DNA of 16,019 nucleotides, taken from assembly GCA_035465455.1 (NCBI GenBank), contig DATHRJ010000018.1, positions 1 to 16,019 of the forward strand. Reading direction: 5' to 3'. Under the pieces are notes generated by a model. It made no database searches, was not told the origin of the DNA, and saw only the letters and a program-made list of their open reading frames with translations. This DNA comes from Lysobacter sp. (GTDB taxonomy: Bacteria > Pseudomonadota > Gammaproteobacteria > Xanthomonadales > Xanthomonadaceae). The first letter of the stretch is position 1. Every line of letters starts with the position of its first letter. This document shows, one piece after another, positions 9,576 through 16,019 of the stretch. The translations under genes were made by a program, and so were the position numbers.

Positions 9576-9718
9576 CGGCTTTTGTATATGCGCCGCGCGG
9601 CATCGGCGCAAGCGCGGTGACGCAGTCGACGCCGATGGCGCTACATGACGGGTTCAGCAGCGGCATCCAGTGCCAAGGCATCACCGCGGGCGATCATCCC
9701 CTATAGAATCGCCGCCAC

Positions 9719-11404
9719 ATGCTCGCCCATCTCTCGCTCAAACACTTTGCCGTGGTCAGCGCCGCCGAACTTAGCTTCGGACCCGGCCTGACCGTGATTT
9801 CCGGTGAGACCGGCGCGGGCAAGTCGCTGCTGGTGGATGCCCTCGGGTTGATTTCGGGCCTGCGCGCCGACAGCGGCGTGGTCCGCCACGGCGCCGAGCG
9901 CGCCGAGCTGATCGCCGGTTTCAGCCTCGACGACGCCCCGCCCGCGCGCGAGTGGCTGGCGCTCAACGAACTGGACGATGATGACGGCAGCAGCGAGCCG
10001 GCCTGCCATATCCGCCGGGTGATCCGCGCCGATGGCGGCTCCAAAGCCTGGATCAACGGTCGTCCGGTGACGCTGGCGCAGTTGTCGGAGCTCGCCGCGC
10101 TGCTGGTGGAGATCCACGGCCAGCACGAACACCAGGCGCTGCTGTCACGGCCCAGCCAGCTTGCGCTGTTGGACGCCTACGGCCGCACCGACACCCAACG
10201 CGCGGCTGTCGCCAGCGCCGCCGCGCACTGGAGCGCGCTGCTGCTGGAGCGCGAACTGCTGGTCGCCAAGGGCGATGTCACCGAGCGCATCGAGTGGCTG
10301 GAGCACCAGCACGCGGAACTGGAGCGCGAGACGCTGGAGCCCGAGTCGATCGCGCAGCTGCGCAGCGACCACCAGCGGCAGGCGCACGCCAGTGGCCTGA
10401 TCGAGGCCTGTGACAGCGCGTTTGCGCGGCTCGGCGGCGATGAAGGCCCCTCGCTGTCGCGCAGCCTGCAGCAGGTGCGCGGCGAGCTGCAGCGCGTGGC
10501 GATGCACGAATCGCGACTGGGTGACATCGATGCGCTGCTGGACAACGCGGCGATCCAGGTCGACGAGGCCCTGGTGGTCCTGGACCGCGTGCGCAGCGAC
10601 CTCGACCTGGACCCGTCGGCGCTGGAGCAGATCGAGCAGCGGCTGACGCGGCTGCACGAACTGTCGCGCAAGCATCGCGTGCCGACCGAACAGCTGGCTG
10701 AGCATCGCCAGGCCATCGCGTTGGAACTCGAGGCCCTGCGCGGCGCGGGCGACCGGCTCGCGCGCCTCGACCGCGACCTTCTCGCCGCCCGCAAGCGCTG
10801 GCGCGCGGCCGCCGACCTGCTCGGCGACCAGCGCCGCTCCGCCGCGCGCGCGCTGTCGGAATCGACCACCGCGCTGATCGCCGAGCTCGGCATGGGCGGC
10901 GGACATTTCGAGATCGCGATCGAACCGCTGGCCGACGACAAGCCCGATCCGCAGGGCGGCGAGCGCGTCGAATTCCTGGTCGCGGCGAACCCCGGCCAAC
11001 CGCCGCGAGCGCTGCGCAAGGTCGCATCCGGCGGCGAACTGTCGCGGATCTCATTGGCGATCGAGGTCGCCGCACTCGGCCTGGACACCGTGCCGGCGAT
11101 GGTGTTCGACGAGGTCGACTCGGGCATCGGCGGCGCCGTGGCCGAGATCGTGGGCAGGAAACTGCGCGCGCTCGGCGCCAGCCGCCAGGTGCTGTGCGTG
11201 ACCCACCTGCCGCAGGTGGCCGCGCAGGGGCATGCCCATTACCGCGTCAGCAAGGCCGCCAGCGAAGGCGTGACCCAGAGTGCGGTGCAACTGCTGGATG
11301 CGGCCCAGCGCGAGGAAGAACTGGCGCGCATGCTCGGCGGCGTGGAGCTGACGATCGAGGCACGCGCCGCGGCGCGACGGCTGCTGGTCGACGTCGCGTC
11401 ATAG
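9719..11404 (+). CDS. recN: DNA repair protein RecN (SMC-like ATPase)
   Basis: 561 aa, colinear from residue 1 with E. coli RecN (MLAHLSLKHFAVV.. versus MLAQLTISNFAIV..). It has Walker A GETGAGKS, a long coiled-coil centre, and a C-terminal signature/Walker B (GGELSRISLAIEV, MVFDEVDSGIGG). Confidence 0.95.
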   Translation: MLAHLSLKHFAVVSAAELSFGPGLTVISGETGAGKSLLVDALGLISGLRADSGVVRHGAERAELIAGFSLDDAPPAREWLALNELDDDDGSSEPACHIRRVIRADGGSKAWINGRPVTLAQLSELAALLVEIHGQHEHQALLSRPSQLALLDAYGRTDTQRAAVASAAAHWSALLLERELLVAKGDVTERIEWLEHQHAELERETLEPESIAQLRSDHQRQAHASGLIEACDSAFARLGGDEGPSLSRSLQQVRGELQRVAMHESRLGDIDALLDNAAIQVDEALVVLDRVRSDLDLDPSALEQIEQRLTRLHELSRKHRVPTEQLAEHRQAIALELEALRGAGDRLARLDRDLLAARKRWRAAADLLGDQRRSAARALSESTTALIAELGMGGGHFEIAIEPLADDKPDPQGGERVEFLVAANPGQPPRALRKVASGGELSRISLAIEVAALGLDTVPAMVFDEVDSGIGGAVAEIVGRKLRALGASRQVLCVTHLPQVAAQGHAHYRVSKAASEGVTQSAVQLLDAAQREEELARMLGGVELTIEARAAARRLLVDVAS

Positions 11405-11469
11405 CGGCAAACAGCTGGCAAAGGGATGTCGCGCGAACGGCTAACCGGGCTCGCTGCGCCAGACGGCCA

Positions 11470-11877
11470 TCAACGCAACGACTTCTTCCGCACGTACAGC
11501 ACCAGCGAATGCTCCACGATCGAGTAGCCGTGCTTGGCGGCGATCTTTCGCTGCAGTTCCTCGATTTCGCCGCTTTCGAACTCGATGATCTTGCCGCTGT
11601 CGATATCGACCATGTGGTCGTGGTGCTGGCCGCGGTCGAGCTCATACACCGACTGCCCGGACTCGAAGTTGTGCTTGAGCACCAGCCCCGCCGCCTCGAA
11701 CTGGGTCAACACCCGGTACACCGTGGCCAGTCCGATGTCCTCGCCCTGCTCCAGCAACTGCCGGTAGATGTCCTCGGCGGTCATGTGCCGCGACTTGGCC
11801 TCCTCCAGAAGCGCGAGGATGCGCATGCGCGGATGGGTGACCTTGAGGCCGGCATTGCGAAGATCCTGCGATTCCAT
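11470..11877 (-). CDS. fur: ferric uptake regulator Fur
   Basis: Track ORF 11470-11922(-) trimmed to ATG 11877, giving MESQDLRNAGLKVTHPRMRILALLEE..GLATVYRVLTQFEAAGLV..HHDHMV.., typical Fur. AGGAG ends 6 nt upstream of this ATG. Confidence 0.95.
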   Translation of the reverse strand: MESQDLRNAGLKVTHPRMRILALLEEAKSRHMTAEDIYRQLLEQGEDIGLATVYRVLTQFEAAGLVLKHNFESGQSVYELDRGQHHDHMVDIDSGKIIEFESGEIEELQRKIAAKHGYSIVEHSLVLYVRKKSLR

Positions 11878-12008
11878 CGTCACTCCTGCAAGCGGGCACC
11901 GCTGGCGCATGAAGGCCCTCAACAGCGGATGAACGCGGCGTGCTTCGGGCCGCGCAACTACGGCTTCAGTGTATCATCGCCCCGATATCCAACTGCCGCG
12001 AAGACACG

Positions 12009-12395
12009 ATGCACAAGCTAGTTCTTGCCCTCCTCGTCGCCCTGCTGACCGCCGGCTGCGGCATCATCTACCGCCAGCCGATCTACCAGGGCAACCTGCT
12101 GGAGGCGTCCGCCGTCGAGCAGCTGCAGACGGGCATGAGCAAGCAGCAGGTTCTCACCCTGCTGGGCACGCCCTCGATCGAGGACCCGTTCCACCATGAC
12201 CGCTGGGACTACACGTCGACCCAGCGCGTGGACCGGCAAGGCACCACCAGCATCAAGAACCTGACCCTTTGGTTCGAAGGCGACGCGCTGACCAAGTGGG
12301 AAGGCGACTATTTCCCGGAGCAGGACGAGCAGATCGCCAAGGCTGCATCCAAGCAGTTCGGCCGCAACCTGCCGAAGGAAAAGAGCAGGCGCTGA
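12009..12395 (+). CDS. bamE: outer-membrane lipoprotein BamE (OmlA/SmpA family)
   Basis: Track ORF trimmed to ATG 12009, giving MHKLVLALLVALLTAGCG with a lipobox L-T-A-G-C. It then reads IYRQPIYQGNLL..GMSKQQVLTLLGTPSIEDPF, colinear with E. coli BamE. It is divergent from fur, as with the known fur-omlA pair in Xanthomonas and Pseudomonas. Confidence 0.87.
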   Translation: MHKLVLALLVALLTAGCGIIYRQPIYQGNLLEASAVEQLQTGMSKQQVLTLLGTPSIEDPFHHDRWDYTSTQRVDRQGTTSIKNLTLWFEGDALTKWEGDYFPEQDEQIAKAASKQFGRNLPKEKSRR

Positions 12396-12437
12396 TCTGG
12401 CGGCCTCCGCCGAGAACGACCCGGGCCTGACCGGCCG

Positions 12438-12701
12438 TCACGGCTTGCGTTGCAGCTTTGCGCGGCTGCGACGGGCCTCCTTCGGGTCGGCCTGCAACGG
12501 GCGCAGCAACTCGAGCCGGTCGCCATCGGCGAGCACGTGACCCGGCTCGACCGCTACGCCGAACACCGCGCACGCGGCGGTTTCCGCATCCCGTTCCAGC
12601 CCCGCGGCACGCAGCGCGTCGATCACGCTGGCACCGTCGGGCAACTCCAGCTGCACCTGTGCGAATCTACGCGGCCAAGCACGCAGCACTTCGATCTTCA
12701 T
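12438..12701 (-). CDS. rnfH: RnfH family protein (YfjF/RatB-like, ubiquitin-like beta-grasp fold predicted)
   Basis: Track ORF 12438-13028(-) trimmed to ATG 12701, giving an 87-aa product MKIEVLRAWPRRFAQVQLELPDGASVIDALRAAGL..GDRLELLRPLQADPKEARRSRA. This matches E. coli YfjF (..[22 protein letters not shown]). The ATG overlaps the ratA stop (ATGA at 12701-12698). Confidence 0.82.
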   Translation of the reverse strand: MKIEVLRAWPRRFAQVQLELPDGASVIDALRAAGLERDAETAACAVFGVAVEPGHVLADGDRLELLRPLQADPKEARRSRAKLQRKP

Positions 12702-13126
12702 TCGTGGCGATCCGCGACGCGGATGAAGTCGTCGACCATGCGATCGGCGAGACTCTGGAAACCGATCGCCAGCGCCGGCCCGAGCAGCCTGACCGCGGGC
12801 TCGAATACCAGCGTCAGGGTGACCTTGCACGCCGACTCGTCCAGCGCATGGAACTCCCAGCGCCCCTTGAGCTTGCGGAACGGCCCATCGACCAGCTTCA
12901 TGTCGATGTGGTGTGGCGGCAGGAACTGGTTTTCGGTGACCCACCAGGTGCGCAGCGGCCCCAGCGCCATGTCCAGCCGCACCACCATGCGGTCGTCGCC
13001 GGACTCGATGACATTGGCCGACGTGCACCAGTCGAACCGGCGCGGATAGGCTGCCACGTCGTTGACCAGCGCGAACATGCGCGCGGCGGAGTGTTCGACG
13101 AGAGCGCTACGGATGATGGTTGGCAT
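12698..13126 (-). CDS. ratA: SRPBCC/START-fold protein, RatA (YfjG/PasT, Coq10-like) family
   Basis: Track ORF trimmed to ATG 13126, giving MPTIIRSALVEHSAARMFALVNDVAAYPRRF..MKLVDGPFRKLKGRWEFHALDESACKV, colinear with E. coli RatA (MPQISRTALVPYSAEQMYQLVNDVQSYPQFL..LVDGPFKKLIGGWKF). AGGAA ends 5 nt upstream of the ATG. Confidence 0.87.
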   Translation of the reverse strand: MPTIIRSALVEHSAARMFALVNDVAAYPRRFDWCTSANVIESGDDRMVVRLDMALGPLRTWWVTENQFLPPHHIDMKLVDGPFRKLKGRWEFHALDESACKVTLTLVFEPAVRLLGPALAIGFQSLADRMVDDFIRVADRHE

Positions 13127-13285
13127 GCAGGTTCCTGTTGGCCATCGCCGCGACAGTCTCGCGGCGTGCGCCCCGCCCATCCGCACGGGACTCCCGCCGA
13201 GGCCACGGCACGGGCGGATTGCCGCCGGCGCGCAATTCGGCTGGAAATGTCGCCTGCCGGTCGATGATCAAGGACAATAGTGGCA

Positions 13286-13783
13286 ATGACCAAGAATACG
13301 AAAGACAAGGATAAAGCAAAGGGCGGCGGCACCATCGCGCTCAACAAGCGCGCGAGCCACGATTACCGCCTTGAGGAGCGGTTCGAGGCCGGCATGGCGT
13401 TGCAGGGCTGGGAGCTCAAGTCGATCCGCGCCGGTCGGGCCAACATCGGGGAAAGCTACGCCGTGGTCCGCGACGGCGAGATGTACCTGTTCGGCGCGCA
13501 GATCACCCCGCTGATCCAGGCATCGAGCCACGTGATCACCGACGACCGCCGGACGCGCAAGCTGCTGATGCACCGCAAGGAGATCGACGAGCTGATCGGC
13601 AAGATCCAGCGCGACGGCTACACGGTGGTCCCCACCTCGCTGTACTGGAAGGGCAACAAGGTCAAGATCGGCCTCGCGCTGGCCAAGGGCAAGCAGGACC
13701 ACGACAAGCGCGAGTCCAACAAGGAGCGCGACTGGGCGCGCGAGAAGCAGCGGGTCATGCGCCAGCACAACAAGGGCGCGTGA
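13286..13783 (+). CDS. smpB: SsrA(tmRNA)-binding protein SmpB
   Basis: ..[98 protein letters not shown] is the SmpB signature. The start is either ATG 13286 or GTG 13280 two codons upstream (AAGGA at 13270-13274). I list the ATG. Confidence 0.94.
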   Translation: MTKNTKDKDKAKGGGTIALNKRASHDYRLEERFEAGMALQGWELKSIRAGRANIGESYAVVRDGEMYLFGAQITPLIQASSHVITDDRRTRKLLMHRKEIDELIGKIQRDGYTVVPTSLYWKGNKVKIGLALAKGKQDHDKRESNKERDWAREKQRVMRQHNKGA

Positions 13784-13790
13784 TCCGGTC

Positions 13791-13814
13791 GCCGGCTGAC
13801 GCCGGCACTTTCTC
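13791..13814 (+). terminator. short GC hairpin with U-rich tail downstream of smpB
   Basis: GCCGGC-UGAC-GCCGGC (13791-13806) followed by ACUUUCUCU. It fills most of the 31-nt gap between the convergent smpB and kinase stop codons. The stem is only 6 bp. An alternative 8-bp pairing exists between 13788-13795 and 13820-13827. Confidence 0.4.
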
Positions 13815-16019
13815 TCAGACCGGCGACGCTTCGTCCGACAAGGTGAAATAGAACGTCGCGCCCTCGCCTTCGCGGCCTTCGGCGCGAATGCTGCCACCGT
13901 GGCGCTCGACGATGCGCTTGACCGACGCCAGGCCGATGCCGTGACCAGCAAAGTCGCCCTGTTCGTGCAGGCGCTGGAACGGGCGGAACAGCTTGTCGAC
14001 ATACTCCTGGGCAAAGCCGACGCCGTTGTCGCGGACGAAGTACACGGCAGGACCATCCAGGTTCGCGCCGAACTCGATGCGCGCGTCGACACTGTTGTGG
14101 GTGAACTTCCACGCGTTGCCAAGCAGGTTCTGCAGCAGGTTGCGCAGCAGCACCACGTCGCCCTGCGTCGCAAGCCCCGGTGAAATCTCCACCTGCACCT
14201 CATGACCGGGGTCCCCGGCGCGCAGGTCGTCGATCACCTCCGCCGCCATGCGGCTGAGATCGACCGGCTCGCGGGTCAAGGTGCCACGCGTGAGCCGCGA
14301 CATCTTCAGCAAGGCATCGATGAGTTCGCCCATGCGCGCGGCTGCATTGCGCACCCGCGCGAGATAGCCCTGCCCCACCTCGTCGAGTTTGTCGGCATAG
14401 CGCTCCACCAGGATGCGGCTGAAGCCATCGATCGCACGCAAGGGAGCGCGCAGGTCGTGCGACACGCTGTAGGCGAAGGTCTCCAGTTCCTGGTTGGCCA
14501 GGCTGAGGTCGCGCGTGCGTGCCGCAACGCGCGCCTCCAGCGTGCGGTTGAGCGCATGCACCTGTGCCTCGGCGCGCAGGCGCTCGGTCACGTCCTCCAC
14601 CTGCACCAGACCCACGATGTCCTGGCCGACGTTGCCCGGCAACGGCGCGTAGGTCAGTTGCGCGTGCCGCGGCACGTCGCCTTCACGATGCAGCCGTCGC
14701 GTCGTGCGGTGGACGCCGTCGCCAACGGTGGTGCCGGAGCCGAACTCCGGGGTACTCATTTCGTCGTCCTGGAAAAGCGAATCGAAGCGCGCCCCCACCA
14801 GTGACTGCGGCGTCCGGCCCACGACCGCCCCGAACGCGGTGTTGGCCTCGACCACGCGGCCCTGGCTGTCGAGCAGTGCCTTGCCGATCGGGGAATGTTC
14901 CATCGCCGTGCGGAAGCGCATCTCGCTGCGGCGGAAATCCTCGGTCAGCTGCAAGGCGATCCGGTGCGCGCGCAACTCGGTGCGCGCCAGCATCCAGGCG
15001 ATCGCGTACATCAGCAGCGAGGCGAACAGCCCCAGCGCCAGCGTGGCCTGCAGTCCAGCCAGGCGCGGCGCGGCGGCAGCCAGCGGCGGCGACTGGAATT
15101 CCAGTCGCCATCGACGCCCGTAGTGATCGAGCTGGATGTCGTGCCGGAACGCGGGACTATCGGTATCGGCAGGGTCGATCGACGTGAACAACAGCTGTTT
15201 GTCGCCATTGGTGACATCGTAGATACGGAAACGCGCAGCGGGATGGCTGCGGCCCAGCGAATTGTCGACAAACTGATTCACCCGGAAAGGCACGTACACC
15301 CAGCCAAGCATCCCTTCGCGCCGGCCTGCCAGCGTCTGCGGCCTGCCACCGCCGCGATACACCGGCATGTACAGCGCCAACCCGGTCTCCTTGCGGGGCG
15401 CATCCTGGATCAGGTGGAGCGGGCCCGACAGCGCCGGACGGCCGGTTTCCAGCGCCCGCTGCATCGCCTCATGCCGGGTGGGCTCGGAAAACATGTCGTA
15501 GCCGATCGCGCTGGCGTTTGGGGGGGTCCTTGGCTCCAGGTACAAGATGGGCCCGTAATGCCGGCGCGGGCCGTGCGGCCGCACCTCGAGAAGGCCCCAG
15601 CCGGCATCCCGCCATTCCAGTTGCAGATCCTGCAGGCGCGCCTGCCGGACGTACCCGGCGAAACCAAGCCCGAGCATCGCCGTAAAGCGGTTGCGGATAT
15701 CCATGCCTTCGACATATCCGTGCCACTGCTGAGGCGTGGGACGCACGACGGAGGCGAACAGCGACGCGCCGCCGCCAGCCACCAGTTCGTATTGCACCGT
15801 CCACTGCTTCAGCAGTTCGGCAACCTCGGCCGAACTGCTGATGAACGTGAGATTGGCGGCGCGCATCTCGCGCTCGTAGGCAACGCGCCAGAGCCCGATC
15901 ACCAGCACCAGCGAACCCACCAGCACCAGCAACGCCCAGAAGTGCCCGCGCAGCAGCCAGGTGCGGCGGCTAGCGCCGGTTGAGGGTTGTTCGGCAGGTC
16001 CAGGCATCCGGCCAAGCAT
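13815..16019 (-). CDS. membrane sensor histidine kinase with periplasmic CHASE domain, cytoplasmic PAS domain, HisKA and HATPase_c; no receiver domain
   Basis: 734 aa. TM1 is WALLVLVGSLVLVIGLW. A ~270-aa periplasmic region has CHASE hallmarks (..HYGPILYLEPRTPPNASAIGYDMFSEPTRHEAMQRALETGRPALSGPLHLIQD..GLALYMPVY). TM2 is LALGLFASLLMYAIAWML. A PAS domain follows (FRTAMEHSPIGKALLDSQGRVVEANTAFGAVVG). The kinase core has an H-box FAYSVSHDLRAPLRAI, N-box LLGNAWKFT, G1 VRDNGVGF and G2 GHGIGLASVKRIV. The ATG at 16019-16017 is the last codon of the window, so a longer N-terminus or an upstream partner cannot be excluded. ATG 16007 is an alternative start. Confidence 0.87.
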   Translation of the reverse strand: MLGRMPGPAEQPSTGASRRTWLLRGHFWALLVLVGSLVLVIGLWRVAYEREMRAANLTFISSSAEVAELLKQWTVQYELVAGGGASLFASVVRPTPQQWHGYVEGMDIRNRFTAMLGLGFAGYVRQARLQDLQLEWRDAGWGLLEVRPHGPRRHYGPILYLEPRTPPNASAIGYDMFSEPTRHEAMQRALETGRPALSGPLHLIQDAPRKETGLALYMPVYRGGGRPQTLAGRREGMLGWVYVPFRVNQFVDNSLGRSHPAARFRIYDVTNGDKQLLFTSIDPADTDSPAFRHDIQLDHYGRRWRLEFQSPPLAAAAPRLAGLQATLALGLFASLLMYAIAWMLARTELRAHRIALQLTEDFRRSEMRFRTAMEHSPIGKALLDSQGRVVEANTAFGAVVGRTPQSLVGARFDSLFQDDEMSTPEFGSGTTVGDGVHRTTRRLHREGDVPRHAQLTYAPLPGNVGQDIVGLVQVEDVTERLRAEAQVHALNRTLEARVAARTRDLSLANQELETFAYSVSHDLRAPLRAIDGFSRILVERYADKLDEVGQGYLARVRNAAARMGELIDALLKMSRLTRGTLTREPVDLSRMAAEVIDDLRAGDPGHEVQVEISPGLATQGDVVLLRNLLQNLLGNAWKFTHNSVDARIEFGANLDGPAVYFVRDNGVGFAQEYVDKLFRPFQRLHEQGDFAGHGIGLASVKRIVERHGGSIRAEGREGEGATFYFTLSDEASPV

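Noticed and set aside
8448-9620. 390-aa plus-strand ORF opposite hrcA, and the 348-aa minus ORF 8638-9684 in another frame
   Set aside because: The plus-strand ORF is codon-aligned antisense to hrcA (both 0 mod 3). The minus-strand ORF is an out-of-frame overlap that is extremely R/P/A/G-rich. HrcA signature motifs occur only in the frame I called.
9670-9675. TGGCAC (minus strand) resembling the -24 element of a sigma54 promoter upstream of hrcA
   Set aside because: The sequence is TGGCAC-tggat-GCCG. The GC dinucleotide of the -12 element is out of register with the GG, and the TTGC motif is absent.
10145-11127. Three overlapping minus-strand ORFs (284, 316 and 265 aa) opposite recN
   Set aside because: All three antisense frames are open at once across the same span, which is a hallmark of composition rather than coding. 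The products are R/A/S/P repeats. recN on the plus strand is colinear with E. coli RecN.
11405-11469. Possible bidirectional terminator between convergent recN and fur, and similarly at 12396-12437 between bamE and rnfH
   Set aside because: Only short or bulged GC stems are present (for example GGCGG-cct-CCGCC at about 12399-12411), with no U-tracts. This is not enough to call intrinsic terminators.
11972-11989. TATCATCGCCCCGATATC in the fur/bamE spacer as a possible Fur box
   Set aside because: It matches only a few positions of the 19-bp GATAATGATAATCATTATC consensus, and the centre is G/C-rich. TATCAT is more simply a -10 candidate for bamE.
12698-13126. Calling ratA/rnfH a type II toxin-antitoxin module or defence element
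   Set aside because: The gene order, core-like composition, lack of a DNA-binding antitoxin and conserved housekeeping neighbourhood argue against a mobile TA or defence locus. The toxin label for RatA is itself disputed.
14895-15983. 362-aa plus-strand ORF opposite the histidine kinase (also 14202-14804 and 14564-15187)
   Set aside because: 14895-15983 is a codon-aligned antisense shadow (both 0 mod 3). All three have low-complexity products.

Overview
This is a GC-rich chromosomal segment (third codon positions are almost all G/C). Gene content and order match a core housekeeping region of a Xanthomonadales/Lysobacteraceae-type gammaproteobacterium. Fourteen protein genes fill nearly the whole window. 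On the minus strand: carB (5' part, runs off the left edge), carA, dapB, dnaJ, dnaK, grpE, hrcA. Then come divergent recN (+), convergent fur (-), divergent bamE/omlA (+), convergent rnfH and ratA (-), divergent smpB (+), and a convergent CHASE-PAS sensor histidine kinase (-) whose ATG is the last codon of the window. All genes look intact and tightly packed, and all products are recognisable from the translations. I found no tRNA, rRNA, tmRNA, CRISPR array, IS/integrase/phage gene, long repeat or compositional island. I do not see a novel multi-gene system here. The many extra long ORFs in the track are codon-aligned antisense shadows of the real genes. The items worth a second look are regulatory or architectural: (1) two near-consensus sigma32-type promoters inside an hrcA-led chaperone cluster with no CIRCE operator; (2) a 143-bp hrcA/recN divergent spacer where both genes look leaderless and no SOS box is visible; (3) a long structured spacer upstream of carA; (4) a strong hairpin between dnaK and dnaJ; (5) the translationally coupled ratA-rnfH pair next to smpB, whose function is unresolved, with no ssrA nearby; (6) an apparently orphan CHASE-domain kinase.
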